Assembly (NCBI GenBank): GCA_030264375.1
Contig: JASCQW010000072.1
Location: 67,170,209-67,234,208 of the forward strand
Source of the DNA: Carcharhinus longimanus
Taxonomy: Eukaryota
DNA: 64,000 nt
Reading direction: 5' to 3'
The position numbers and the translations under genes were made by a program. This document shows positions 10,614-22,506 of this stretch, piece after piece. Numbering within the stretch: position 1 is the first letter of the stretch; every line of letters begins with the position of its first letter. Below the pieces are notes generated by a model. That model saw nothing but the letters and a program-made list of their open reading frames with translations, was not told the origin of the DNA and did no database searches.

Positions 10614-12539
10614 AGTTTTTAATTATATTCACGATTGTGACCTCTGCATTGCACAGAGTGGGCAGATTCGAGTGAGAAGCTGCACTGAAAAATCTGTCAT
10701 GATCTAGAACAATTTTCCCACCAATTCAGCACTTTTAGGAGAATGACTCCCATCTTTTCTATACCTCTGCACTTCTCCCCTCCCCAATTTGTCTACATAA
10801 ATATTTGCTCTTCTATCTCCCTCTTTTATAGCATACTTGCAGCATATGATTGCCTCTGTTTTATTCTACAATTAAGTTTGTACAACTCATTTGATGATCC
10901 TTTGATTACATCATCCCTCCACATAGTTGTGGTTGTTTCTTTTAACAGTATAGCACACCCCTTCCTTAACCCCAGATTTTTTGTCTGAGAGTCATGTAAC
11001 AAGGAATATTGAGTTGCTATTCCTACCTTTCTTTCAGACATGGTTCAGTATGATATCATACTTCCCAGTGTCTATCTCTGCCCTGAATGTATCTGTCTTA
11101 TCCACTGGACTCCTTGCATTAAGTCTTTATCACTAATCACTAAACAATTCTTCACTGTCTCTTTTCTAGCCTTTGTTTTCCCTGCCTTTCATACTCACTA
11201 ATTTTCTAATTTTACTAATGTTCATTAATTGAGGACTGTGTAGCACATTGAGACAGAGATGATCACTGTTCAGTGATGACATGGCCACTGCACGTAATAT
11301 TTATGTAGAAACTGTTTGAATGCTTTGATTCTGAATCTCTCCAGAATATTTTACAAAGTTGAATATCACTCTTTTCTCACCTAGATAAAGCAATGATGCT
11401 CTATGGAGGATTGTAAGGATTGTATATGTTTATTGCTTTTTGATTTTTTTCATTTCCAAAAGAAGACTGAGCCCTTATTACTGAAACTTCCCAATTCTTA
11501 CTTGATGACAAGTATTCCACTTCAGTGTTCCCCTGGCTTTTAGTTACCAAAATGTAATCATCATGAACATCAGAGCATTTGTATGTTCCAGAATACTCCA
11601 GGGAAGGCTGCTTCAGATTGTGATGGCATCTAGTGAGTTGCAATTTCCTCCTGTTCCCGTGAAAGTTTGCAATTATTGTTGTTTGTAATTTCACCTTTCT
11701 TTGCTTGGAGCCTGTGCCAAATTTCAGAGATTTCCACAATGATGTTGGGTTCCATGGAACACTGGGATTTAAAAATGACATCAGCTGGATACTTTAAGAG
11801 CCGTGTGTTCTTAAAGTAAGACTTGTTAACGTTATCAGCCTGCTTCATTCAGAGGAATCAATTTCAAAATGCTAAGTTCAGGGTGAGACAGCATTTATTG
11901 TATGAAAATCTTCAACAACAAACACAGCTAGTGTTAAAGCTCATTTTAAATTCAGCAAGTTATGGTTGATGTGGTTAAACTCTTAAAAGGATTATTTGAG
12001 TGTGGCCGGCACTGTAGCTTTAATTAGAGTGTGCTAAAAGGACTTCTTGAACCTTTGGCTACTATATTTTTATTATGCCTCTGCAGCACTTTGGGATGTT
12101 CTTCTCAGTTAACAGCACGAGCTATCGCTGTGGTAAATACATAGCAGCTGTGAGCACATCACACTTGCAGTGTGCTGTTCAACTTGGGACTATAGGTGTT
12201 CTTGTCATACATATTGTAATTCTACCTCTCTCCGGTATAGAGTATATGTGTACAGTTTAAATGTGTGTACTGCAATTTCTCTTAACTTCTCCCAGGTATG
12301 CTGCATGTGTGAACATTTTATTGCCTCATGCCTCTCTTGGGTAGATAGTATTGTTGGGTTAGCTGATGCGGTAAACATACGGTAAACCTTTATTGAAGCT
12401 TAGTTTGAAAGGAATGCGTCAAAAATCAATACCACGTGTCTCAAAAATGTCAGGATAAATGGAAAATTATTACACAGTGATCTGAAGGAGATGTAGGAAG
12501 ATGGTTCACTACTACATGAGTATCCCAAGCAGGAACCAG

Positions 12540-13170
12540 CACAGAGTGGTAAGTCAACAAAGCCTTAAAAATGGAAACAAAGCACTGGGGTTAATTTCTG
12601 CATGAACTGAATTTCAAAAAGGAAATTATGTTAAATTAGTCGACAACTTATACCAAGCCGCACAGAGAATTGTGCACAATTGTGGTCTCCATATTACAAA
12701 AAGGACAGAAGCACTGGAGAAAATGCAAAGAAAAATTGCAATTATGGTACCAGAATAAAACACTTAGATTGAACAGGCTGAGCACTTTTCTGCAGGAAAG
12801 TGAAAACTAATAGATGACCTTTAAGATTATGAAGAGTATCAGTAGGGTGGACATAGAGAAAATGTGTTCACATAGAGGTAAATCCAAAACTAGGGTCAAT
12901 TATCACAAGATAGTCATTGATTTATCTAATAAAAAATTTAGAAGAAATTTCTGGACCAGGAGAGTTATTAGAATGTGGAATTCGCTACAACATGGAGTAG
13001 TTAAGGTGAATAGCATTAATGCATTTAAGAGACTGCTATCTTCGTACATGAGGGAGGAAGGAATAGAAGGATAAGTTAATAGGGTTAGATGCAGAGAAGT
13101 GGGAGGAAGCTCGTGGAGAGCAGAAACACCAGCATACTAAATTGGGCTGAATGACGAGTATCCATTGTGA
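12540..13170 (+). mobile_element. Old CR1 LINE 3' portion
   Basis: FKIMKSISRVDIEKM...RRNFWTRRVIRMWNSL; CAQLWSPYYKKD motif upstream. Confidence 0.8.
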
Positions 13171-13664
13171 AATTCAATGTAGAACAATGTCTTGCCTCTT
13201 GCTGCATCCTCACAGCATTACTTTGCAATGTGCAGCAACATCTGACCTTTCAAGTCCACAAATATATGTGCCATTTGATGGGAGCATTCATGCTGACTGC
13301 TTGGTGTATGACCATGCTCTACTTCCAGCTCTATGCCCAATTGTGCACAGAGCACAAAGTATATTTAAAAATATGTTCACAGACTTTTCCCACTCATTGT
13401 GGCTTTTGCAATAATCAGGTAATGATGTGGGAAATTCATGTTTTCTATGCAATCACGTGGACTTGCTGCTTGTTCATTTCACAAATGGGGAGAAGGTGAC
13501 TGCACATGTGTATATTCTACTATGTAGCCCAGCACTGCCTCACCATGTCTCTGTAGCTCCAAATTGGTGGAACCCAATTAGATACTGATGAATCTGGTGC
13601 TGTGAAAATGATGTGAGCAGAATTATCTATGAGGCCAAAGTTCAGGCAATGCTGCTTTTATGTC

Positions 13665-13990
13665 AATGCAATTATGTCAGCTGTGATTTGAGAAGGTTGT
13701 GGATTCAAGCTCCACTTCAAAGATATGAGCACAAAATATAGACTGACACCAAGGAAACTGTCAAAGATGACATCTTTTGAATGAGCTATTAAACCCAGAT
13801 CCTGACTGCTTACTCAAGAGGATTTATACAATCCCATTGGCATTATTTCAAAGAAAAGCAGGGAAGTTCCTCTTGGTGCCCTGGCCAATATTTATCCCTC
13901 AACAGCATCACCAAAATTAACGATCTGGTCATTATTTCATAGTTATTTGTGGGAATTAGCTGTGAGCAGATTGACTGTAAAATTTTAGAA
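13665..13990 (+). mobile_element. DeuSINE/SacSINE1-like SINE
   Basis: GAAGGTTGTGGATTCAAGCTCCACT head; Deu-domain-like CCTGGCCAATATTTATCCCTCAAC...ATCTGGTCATTAT...TTTGTGGGA. Confidence 0.7.
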
Positions 13991-14417
13991 TACCAAGCTC
14001 ATCATTACTGGTAGTATAATAATGGACAGACATTTGGCACATTAATAGAACATTCTTTGTTCACTGTTCAGTGGAGGTGGAAACCATTCAATATAATGGG
14101 CAGAGGAGCATCTGTCGAATGCATTCAGCAATCCTCACTTTTCCTGTCAATAGTAATTTCTGGCCTATTTGTTCTTTCAGCTCTTGTCAAAAATATTTTC
14201 TTGTAGTGGAAATCAAAAATCATTACATGCTGAAGCCCTTAAAAGAGCCTGGAGTGTGTGAAAAGATAGCTTGGAAGAATCAGCTGAATTTTAGGCTCTC
14301 TGGGGGACCTGATTGCCTACAGTCTGAGGTTTGCAATCTGTTACATTCTTATTCAATATTAACATCTCTTCCCCCAACCCCCCCGCCCCATTTCCCAGTG
14401 GAATATATTGTATATGG

Positions 14418-14437
14418 AATAAAACAAGTGAAATAAA
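14418..14437 (+). promoter_or_regulatory. Tandem AATAAA hexamers, candidate TRIM44 polyadenylation signals
   Basis: GGAATAAAACAAGTGAAATAAAAGG, ~4 kb downstream of the last recognised TRIM44 exon. AATAAA is common in AT-rich DNA, so this is weak. Confidence 0.3.
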
Positions 14438-14917
14438 AGGGCAAATTCATCTTAAAAGTATGAGCTTGTGGCTGTAACTGAGTGCTGTCTACAAGCTAGG
14501 CATGATTGGGAATAAATATTACAAGTTATAAGGTCTTTGACTAGACAGAGAAATNNNNNNNNNNNNNNNNNNNNNNNNNNNNNNNNNNNNNNNNNNNNNN
14601 NNNNNNNNNNNNNNNNNNNNNNNNNNNNNNNNNNNNNNNNNNNNNNNNNNNNNNNNNNNNNNNNNNNNNNNNNNNNNNNNNNNNNNNNNNNNNNNNNNNN
14701 NNNNNNNNNNNNNNNNNNNNNNNNNNNNNNNNNNNNNNNNNNNNNNNNNNNNNNNNNNNNNNNNNNNNNNNNNNNNNNNNNNNNNNNNNNNNNNNNNNNN
14801 NNNNNNNNNNNNNNNTGTTCCTGGAACAAAAATATATTGAAAATAGGCTTAATCTTGAGTATATAGCCAGAATTCGACAACAATCTTACACTGAGAGAAC
14901 ATCGAATAGTGATAAAA

Positions 14918-15090
14918 AGATAAAGACAGATTACTGTGGATTCTGGAATCTGAAACAAAAACAGAAAATGCTGAAAAATCTCAGCAGATCTGACAGCATT
15001 TGTGGAGAGAGAATAGAACCAATGTTTCGTGTCTGGATCACAGTACCTCCACAGATGCTGCCAGACCTACTGAGATTTTCCAACATTTTT
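14918..15090. mobile_element. Penelope-derived inverted-arm element with 9-bp TSD
   Basis: Arms 14965-15007 and 15047-15089 are reverse complements; GTGATAAAA duplicated at 14909-14917 and 15091-15099. Confidence 0.7.
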
Positions 15091-15309
15091 GTGATAAAAC
15101 ATTTTTAAATTCAATATTAAGTTGATAGGGAGAAGGATGAGTCATAAGCCAAAGTTCCAAAGGTGGTTAAGGATAATCTTGGAAACCTGAGAGAGGGATT
15201 GACCGCAGCAAACTTTGAAGAGCTATTAGCTGATCAAATTGATTATCTGCAGTGGGAGATGTTGAAGAAAAGTATTTGAGAGAATATATGCCAGGAGGGT
15301 TCACTTCAG

Positions 15310-15774
15310 AGGGGTTTACTATAGCTCCCCACTAATGGAGAGCTAGCGGCCGGACCTCTGGAGTGAAGAGGAGCAATTGAGGCCCCCCCAGAGGATTGGG
15401 GGTAAGGGGGGGGGGGCCCCCCTGGTCTTTCCCAGCTTGGCTCCCTGGCACTGCCCAAGGTGCAAAGTGCCAGTGTCCAGGGGGCACCTTGGAATTGCAA
15501 GAGATTGAGAGGCCAGCAGTGCGAAGCTACTGTGCATACACTGATCTCAGCACTGACAGATCTGCGCATGCGCAGTGGCCCACTCCGCGCTATGCTGCCA
15601 GCCTCTCCAGCAGGAATAGGCCCTGCCCACAGATTTTTCATGTGATTTACACTGAGGCAGTCTGTAGTGCACAGAATGTGGGAGATTCATTTTGAAACTC
15701 CTGCTGAAAAAAGTTTTATGTGACTTTGACACTTAACCTTTTTTTGGGGGGGGCGGGGGGTGGAAATCGCCCCC
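15310..15774. mobile_element. GC-rich non-autonomous TIR element fragment
   Basis: TGCGCATGCGCA core and terminal GGAAATCGCCCCC; resembles the 42.5 kb element family. Confidence 0.45.
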
Positions 15775-15777
15775 ATA

Positions 15778-15989
15778 GTTTATTACAGAATACATAGTAA
15801 AACCATTACCATGGTGTACACACACTAATCCCTGCCCGGGACAGCTGTTCAGCAGGCCCAGTCCTGGGCCTGACTTATAAAAGGCTCAGGTAATGAATTA
15901 CAGCTGGACAGGCCACTTCCTGATACTAAAGGAACTCAGATTCAACAAGCCCCACAGTGATTCCCCATGGACCTCCTGAGGGTTATCAT
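15778..15989 (-). mobile_element. Solo LTR-like sequence
   Basis: Minus strand begins TGA.., contains TTTTATAA TATA-like box then AATAAA near the end; resembles Gypsy-type LTRs. Confidence 0.5.
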
Positions 15990-16323
15990 GAGGGCAAGAG
16001 TGCCGATTGTATAATAACCATGCATGGCAAACAAGGAAAATGCTATATAATACAAACTAAAGAACATAGCTATCCAAATGCAGAGAACAGTAGAGATCTT
16101 GAGAACAGGGAGAAATATAAAGAACAGCAAAGAAATTCAAAGAAAGTAGTTAAAGCTGCAAGAAGCAATATCAAGAATAATACTCAATGTTTTTACAAGT
16201 AAATTAATAAGAAGTGACTGACTAAAAGGAATATGAACCACTTAACACTCATGGGTGGTACTGTCATTGAAAATCAGGACATGCCACAATTTTTTATTCT
16301 TTCATTGGGCATCGTTGACGAAG

Positions 16324-16561
16324 TAAGAAGTCTAACAACAACAGGTTTATTTGGTAGTAAACACCACTAGCTTTCGGAACGCTGTTCCTTCGTCAGATGT
16401 GTGGGGAGTTCCACTAGCTTTCAGAACAGGTAATGAATTACAGCTGGACAGGCCACTGCCTTATACTAAAGTTTACTACCAAATAAACCTGTTGAACTTT
16501 AACCTGGTGTTGTGAGACTTCTTACTGTATTTACCCCAGTCCAACGCGGGCATCTCCACAT
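16324..16561. mobile_element. Penelope-derived inverted-arm element with hammerhead motif and 14-bp TSD
   Basis: Left arm TAAGAAGTCT..ACAGGTTTATTTGGTAGTAAAC vs right arm GTTTACTACCAAATAAACCTGTT..GAGACTTCTTA plus tail CCCCAGTCCAACGCGGGCATCTCCACA; TSD CATCGTTGACGAAG (16310-16323)/CATCGCTGACAAAG (16562-16575). Confidence 0.8.
16364..16405 (-). ncRNA. Minimal type I hammerhead ribozyme motif
   Basis: Minus strand CCACACAT CTGACGA A GGAAC-AGC-GTTCC GAAA GC TA GTGG: CUGANGA core, 5-bp stem II, GAAA, palindromic stem III, UH site, CCAC/GTGG stem I. Confidence 0.7.
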
Positions 16562-17320
16562 CATCGCTGACAAAGCCAGCATTTATTTATCTTCACTAAT
16601 TCCCTGAGGAGTTGGTGGTGAGCCAATGTCTTAAACTGCTGATGTTAAATAATCTCTTTTGTATAGGTCTTCACACTAAAGGATATGGCAGAGTTCCAGA
16701 GATATGAGGAAAATGAAAATTGAATCAAGTAGAGGAACTTGCTGGATTTAATGTCAGTAAAATATTGGTAAAGGAGAAAATAATGGCGATTGACAAATTC
16801 CCAGGAGCGAATGATTTCCACACCCAAAAATAAGCAAGAAAATTGTAGTTAATTTAGTTGTGATCGCTGGAAATCCTTTTGATTCTGGAATTCCCCTTTT
16901 GGATTAGAAATTGCTAGTGACACTCCATTAGTTAAAAATGGGAGAGAGAAACAGGAAACTATAGGCGTATAACTCTAACATTAGTTCTGGCAAAATCACT
17001 AGAATCTGTTATTAAGAACAGAGTGATGAACACTTAACAGAGAAGGCCAGCATGGGATTGTAAAGCATAAGTCATGTCTAACTAAAGTTGATTTTCTTTT
17101 ATGTGGAAATAAATAACATTGGTATATCAAGGAATGTTACTAATTCAGGCATTCAGTAAGATTCCACACAGATGATGGTTGGCAAAGATAAAGACATTTG
17201 GAATTGAAGGCAACCTATATGACATGGGTATAGAATGAGTCAGAAGATTGGAGACAGGATATACAGTCCATTGGCTAGATGTGCCAATCAATGTCCTCCA
17301 GCAAACTGTACTGGGACACT

Positions 17321-18103
17321 TTGGCCAGAACTCTACCACCTCATCTACCATGGAATTGGAGCGGGTGAGTGCCCAACAACAAAAATTTCTGATGACCTCA
17401 GGCGGGAATTTCCGGTGTCACCTGAGCAAGGCAGTAAAATCCCACCCTACGGGCACAATCTACAATCTTCCCAAACAAATTCTAAGCGTTTGAAAACAGG
17501 AGTTCCACATTGGTTATTTGGACGAGTGCAGAACTGTAATCTTCCTACACTCTGTCAGTTATTTTCACAACTGGGAGCTTTGTGCTGGTGGGGGACAGTA
17601 TTTCCTCCCACTCCACAGCCCATCATCAGCATTGCTATCCCCCTCATGCCACATAAGCCGCTGGCACTGGGACATCAGGACTTCCCAATGAGTCCCCGGC
17701 AGATCCTGGACATGCCCCTAGCCCCCGTCATGATCTCCTCTGTGGCCCACCCTTACACGCACTTCTCCCTTGCACATCCACCCCCTGCATGTCCCCCTTG
17801 CACAACCATGCCCATGGCAGAGCTTCCCCCTTGCATCGGCCTCCCTTTCGTTATGCAAGTGCCACTCCCCGTGTTTTTCCCACTCAGGTCACACCCCCAC
17901 ATAGGCCACGCTCCTTTGGCACTGTCATTGGCACATTTATGGTGCCCAACTGATGGGCACTGCCATGCTCCCGACCACCCGGGGACTTCAATAGCCTCTG
18001 ATACCCTGGCATGGCCATGGCACCTATGCTCCGCTACTGCAGTGCAATCTTCCTGGCTCACCATACCGATCGACCGGTATAGCAAGCTGGTAAGATTGCA
18101 TCC
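17321..18103. mobile_element. Non-autonomous TIR (Harbinger-like) element inserted in CR1
   Basis: GC-rich block with imperfect termini GGCCAGAACTCTACCA / TGGTAAGATTGCATCCC interrupting the CR1 RT; related fragment at ~3167-3295. Confidence 0.55.
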
Positions 18104-18379
18104 CTAATATCTTGGGAATGAAATAATGGAGGACTGTATATCAAAGTTTTATGACGGTATTAAGTTGGTTGGCAGAGTAACTATTATAGGTAGAATGAGA
18201 GAGTTGCAAAGGTATATTAATAAATTGAGAGTGAGAAAAACTGTGGCAGATGGAGTTCAATGTGAGTCATCCAACTTGAACCAAAGAAAGATCTATCAGA
18301 TGTTTTCTAAATGGTAAGTAGGAATTTTGGTGGATCAGAGAAATCTAGTGTTCCATGTACATAAATCACTGAAGTTTGT

Positions 18380-18623
18380 CAGCAGACCATTGTATTCTGT
18401 CCAAAGTCAGATTCTGGGCTTATTGTCCAGTGATGCTTAAGCCTGAGTTGTTTTCTTGCCAGTTTTTGTCAGTATTGTGTTGCCATTGTCTTTTACTCTC
18501 AACGGCAGGGCAAGGTGGCAAGTCCCAAGTCTACCTCAACCAGAACAGGAATTGAATCAACACTGGTACTGTTATTCTGAACTACAAGCTAGCCATTGAG
18601 CCGACTGAGTTAACGAGCTCCCC
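18380..18623 (-). mobile_element. tRNA-derived SINE
   Basis: Minus-strand head GGGGAGCTCGTTAACTCAGTCGG (A box-like) ... GATTCAATTCC (B box-like). Confidence 0.6.
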
Positions 18624-19209
18624 TGTGAATAAGTACAGAAAGTAATTTAAAAAACGACTGGGATATTGGCCTTTAACTCAAGGGGGCTGGAAACAATGAA
18701 TGTATGTTATTCTGTAGCTGTATAATGTTTGGTTAGGTAGCATTTGGAGTATTGTATTCAGATCTGGGCTTTGGATCTCTGGTAACGTCTAGGTAAGCAT
18801 ACATCAGATTTTCACTAGTATTATACCAAGTTTAAAAGGCTTAAATTAGCAGGACAGCTTATAAAAACTTGGCTTGTATTCCTTCCAAGTTTAGAACATT
18901 GAGGAGTGATCTAATATAGATATTTAAAGTGGTTAAGGATATCCATTGCACAGTTCCAGCTATAAAATATTTCCTGTAAGGAAATAGCACATAATCTTAC
19001 AATTAGAGTCATTTACGAGTGAAATCAGATAGCACGTTTTCATACAGATGCCTTTAGAAGGTTGTAAGCACTGGGCCAGTTATATTTTCAAGTCCGATTA
19101 ATTATTTATTGTTCTATGAGAGCATCAGAAGACATGGAGCAATGGCAGGTACAAGGGGCTGAGATGCAGATCAGCCATGATCTGATTGAATGGCAGAACA
19201 AACTCACAA

Positions 19210-20690
19210 CCCTTTCTCTGGTAATTTTAATTGTTTGATGTTCTTCCCTCTCTTTTCACCTGTTGTGTTCTAATTATTTCTGCAATGCTATTTTTGTCTT
19301 CTACAGTGACGATAAACACAAAATATCTATTCAATTCATCTTCCAGTTCCATATTTTCCAGGATTATTTCCCATGACTCACTCACTGGAGGGCCATTTCA
19401 GTTACTCTTTTTTTCTTTCTTTGAACACCTGTAGAAACTCTTATTATCTGTTTTTATATTTATAGCTAGCTTTATCGTATGCTGTAATTTCTCGCTTTTT
19501 TTTTAGGTATTTCATCACTTTTTTTATATTCTGTCCAATCTTCTGACTTACTACTAATGTTGGCAGAATTGTACGCTTTTTCTTTCAATTTGATACTATC
19601 TTTAACTTCTGTTGGTAAACACAAGTAATACTTAGTCTTTCTTTCTCGCTGGAATATATCTGCTGAGTGTTATGAAATGTCTCCTTAAATGTCTTTTTGC
19701 TGCATCTGTGACTACATAACGCTTAACCTAATTTTAGAGTTCACTTTAGCTAACTCTGTCTTCATATGCTTATAATTAGAGTCATAGAATCCCTACAGTA
19801 CAGGAAGAGACTAGTTGGCCCATCAGGTCTGCACCTACACTCCAAAAGAGCATCCCACCCTCTATCCTATTCCTGTGACCCCACGTATTTAAAATGGTTA
19901 ATCCTTCTACACATCTTTGGACTGTGGGAGGAAACTGGAACACTCAGAGGAAGCACATGCTGAGACAAGAGAACGTGCAAACTCCACAAAGACAGTCACC
20001 CAAGGCCGGAATTGACCCCGGGTCCCTGGTGCTATGCTGCTGCAGTACCATCCACATTTAGATTACCTTTATTTAAATTTAAAACACTAATCTTAGTCCC
20101 ACTGCTCTCTCCCTCAAACTGATTGCAAGTCAATTATGTTATAATCACATGCCACCGAGGATGGCTTTTACTGTGAGGCCATTCATTAATCCTATCTCAT
20201 AATATACCAGTTGTAGACTAGCCTGCTCTCTGGTTGGCTCTCGTGCTGCTCTAAGAAATTGTCCTGAGACCTTGAGAGGTATGGACAGAGTAAATAGTGA
20301 GAAGCTATAAACTCATCTTCCAGGCTCCCTTGGTCAATTTGTTTTGTTCAAATCAATATGTAGATTAAAATCATATGTAATTATTGCATCTTTTTCAGGT
20401 CTCCATTATTTCATTCTATATACCCCATTCTACAATGTGACTACTGTTAGTGGGACTAGAAGCCTCTCATACAAGTGACTTCTTGCCTTTGCTATTTCAT
20501 ATCCCTACTCAAACAAATTTTACACCTTGATTTTTAGCACTGTCATTAACAGAGCTACCCCACCACTTTGTTCTTGCTTCTTGTCTTTCGAATTGTCATG
20601 TATCTTTGAATAGTCAGTTACCAGCGTTTGGCATTACAGGGACATGACAATCATATCATGCATATTTGGTTCCATTTGAGCTGATAATCT
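19210..20690 (-). mobile_element. Old CR1 ORF2 5'/central fragments
   Basis: Typical CR1 minus-strand segments (CTACAGTGACGATAAACACAAAATATCTATTCAATTCATC, GTAGATTAAAATC, ACAGAGCTACCCCACC), interrupted by a SINE. Confidence 0.65.
19775..20055 (-). mobile_element. V-SINE (HE1-like)
   Basis: CATAGAATCCCTACAGT tail; CACATCTTTGGACTGTGGGAGGAAACTGG; GGAATTGACCCCGGGTCCCTGG B-box region. Confidence 0.85.
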
Positions 20691-20699
20691 ATCTATTTT

Positions 20700-21305
20700 G
20701 TACAGAACAACAGAATTTTTACAGTGCAGAAGGAGGCCATTCAGCCCATCAAACCTGCTCTGGCTCTCCGAAAGAGCATTCTACTTAGTCCCACTCCTCT
20801 GCCTTATCCCTGTACGTCCTTTCTTTTCAGATAGCAACCCTTTTGAACAACTCAACCAAACCTGCCCCCACCAGCCTCTGAGGAAGTTCATTCCAGATTC
20901 CAACCATAAAACCTTTCCTCACATCACTATTACTCCTTTTGCCAATTACTTTCCATTTGTGTGCTTTGATACTTGATGCTGTCTTGACTGCAAATAGCAT
21001 CTCACTATTTACTCTGTCCATACCTCTCAAGGTCTTGAATACCTCTACAAAGTCACCTCTCACCCTTCTTTTTCTCCAAGTGAAACAGTCTCAGCTGCTC
21101 CAATCTTTCCTCATAATTACAGTTCTTCATCCCTGGAATTATTGTAGTAAGTATCCTCTATTCTTCCAATGCCTTCACATCATTGCTCAAATATGGTATC
21201 CAGAACTGGACACAGAACTCCAGATGAAACCTAACTAGTTTCTTATACAGTTCAACATGTACTCTTGTACTCAGTGCCCTTTTAATGATGCCTAAGATGC
21301 AATAT
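20700..21305 (-). mobile_element. CR1 LINE 3' end
   Basis: ORF 20827-21063 RGDFVEVFKTLRGMDRVNSEMLF...WNELP. Confidence 0.85.
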
Positions 21306-21309
21306 GTGG

Positions 21310-22040
21310 AAAATAAAAGATCATGGTGTATGGGGGAATATATTTGCAGGAATTGAAAATTGGCTAGCTAACAGGAAACAGAGTAGGCATAAATGGGTCT
21401 TTTTCTGTTAGGCAGGATATGATGGGTGGTGTAACAGGGATTAGTGCTGGGACCTCAATCTTGTACAACTGACTGAAGGCATGGTTGCTAAATTTACTGA
21501 CAGTGCAAATATCAATAGGAAAGTAAATAATGAAGAGGATGTAAGGAGGCTGCAGAGCGATATATATATATATGAAGTGAGGGGACAAAAATGTGTTAAA
21601 TGGAATATAATGTGGGCAAATGTGAAATTGTCCGAAGAATAAAAAAGACACATTATCTAAATGACGAGAGGTTGCAGAGCTCTGAGGTGCAGAGGATTTG
21701 GGTGGCTGAGTGCATGAATTGCAAAGAGTTAATATGCAGATACAGCAAGTAATTTGGAAAGCTAATAGAATGTTATAATTTATTGCGATAGGAATTGAAT
21801 GCAAAAATAGGCAGGTAATGATTCAAATATATAGTGCATTGGTGAGACCCCATCTGGAGTATTTTGAATAGCATTAGTCTCCTTATTTAAGGAAAGTTGT
21901 AAATGCGCAGAAGCAGTTCAGTTAAAGGTTACTGGACCAAGACCAGAAATGCGCGCGTTGTCTTATGAAGAAAGATTGGAGAGGTCAAGTTTTTATCCAT
22001 TAGAGTTTAAAAGAGCAAGAAGGGACTTGATCAAAACCAA
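21310..22040 (+). mobile_element. CR1 LINE RT fragment
   Basis: GNIFAGIENWLANRKQ; LVRPHLEYFE*H*SPYLRK remnants. Confidence 0.75.
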
Positions 22041-22077
22041 ATCAAAATCAAAAAAAAAATTCTGAGGTCATTGGCAG

Positions 22078-22506
22078 GGTTTAGTTGGCAATTGTCCAGA
22101 AGGACTAACTTCCCTTGGGCAATTGCGCTGGGTTGGGAACTATCTGACAAAGCAATTTAAATCACTAACTTCAGATGATTCTGTCAGTTTTAACTTCATA
22201 GTTACTCTGAAGGAGTTGAAAGGAAAGGGACACTTCTAACTGCAGAATAAATATTTTAAAGATGTAGACTGAGCCCTGCATGGAACAACCCTCACACCCC
22301 TGACCCTGGCTCAGCCTGTCACTAGACAGCCCCAGTCCAAAACTCCACTCCCTTCGCCTCCCTCAGTCCGGTCCCCACCTCTGCCCATGAAACCCCACCA
22401 GACACCCATCCCTGCCACCACGCGTGCCCAAACCGAACACCCTTCACCCTGGGCCTAGCTCAGCCTGATGATTGCCACTCTGAGGAAGTTATGGGCCAGC
22501 ATTACC
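22078..22506. mobile_element. Dispersed repeat (MITE-like), copy 2
   Basis: Homologous to 1613-2103. Confidence 0.65.

Larger units (their letters stand above)
15990..19200 (+). mobile_element. Old fragmented CR1 LINE with nested insertions
   Basis: Sequential ORF2 remnants (KNNTQCFYK*IN.K; GNYR...LTLV.GK.LES; QHG..K..SCLT; AF.KIPH; SKF.D..KL.G; tail ATCAGCCATGATCTGATTGAATGGC), interrupted at ~16290-16630, 17320-18103 and 18380-18623. Confidence 0.75.

Noticed and set aside
17235-18107. 290-aa ORF, the longest ungapped ORF
   Set aside because: Pro/His-rich read-through of a GC-rich TIR element and CR1 debris; no domain or splice support.
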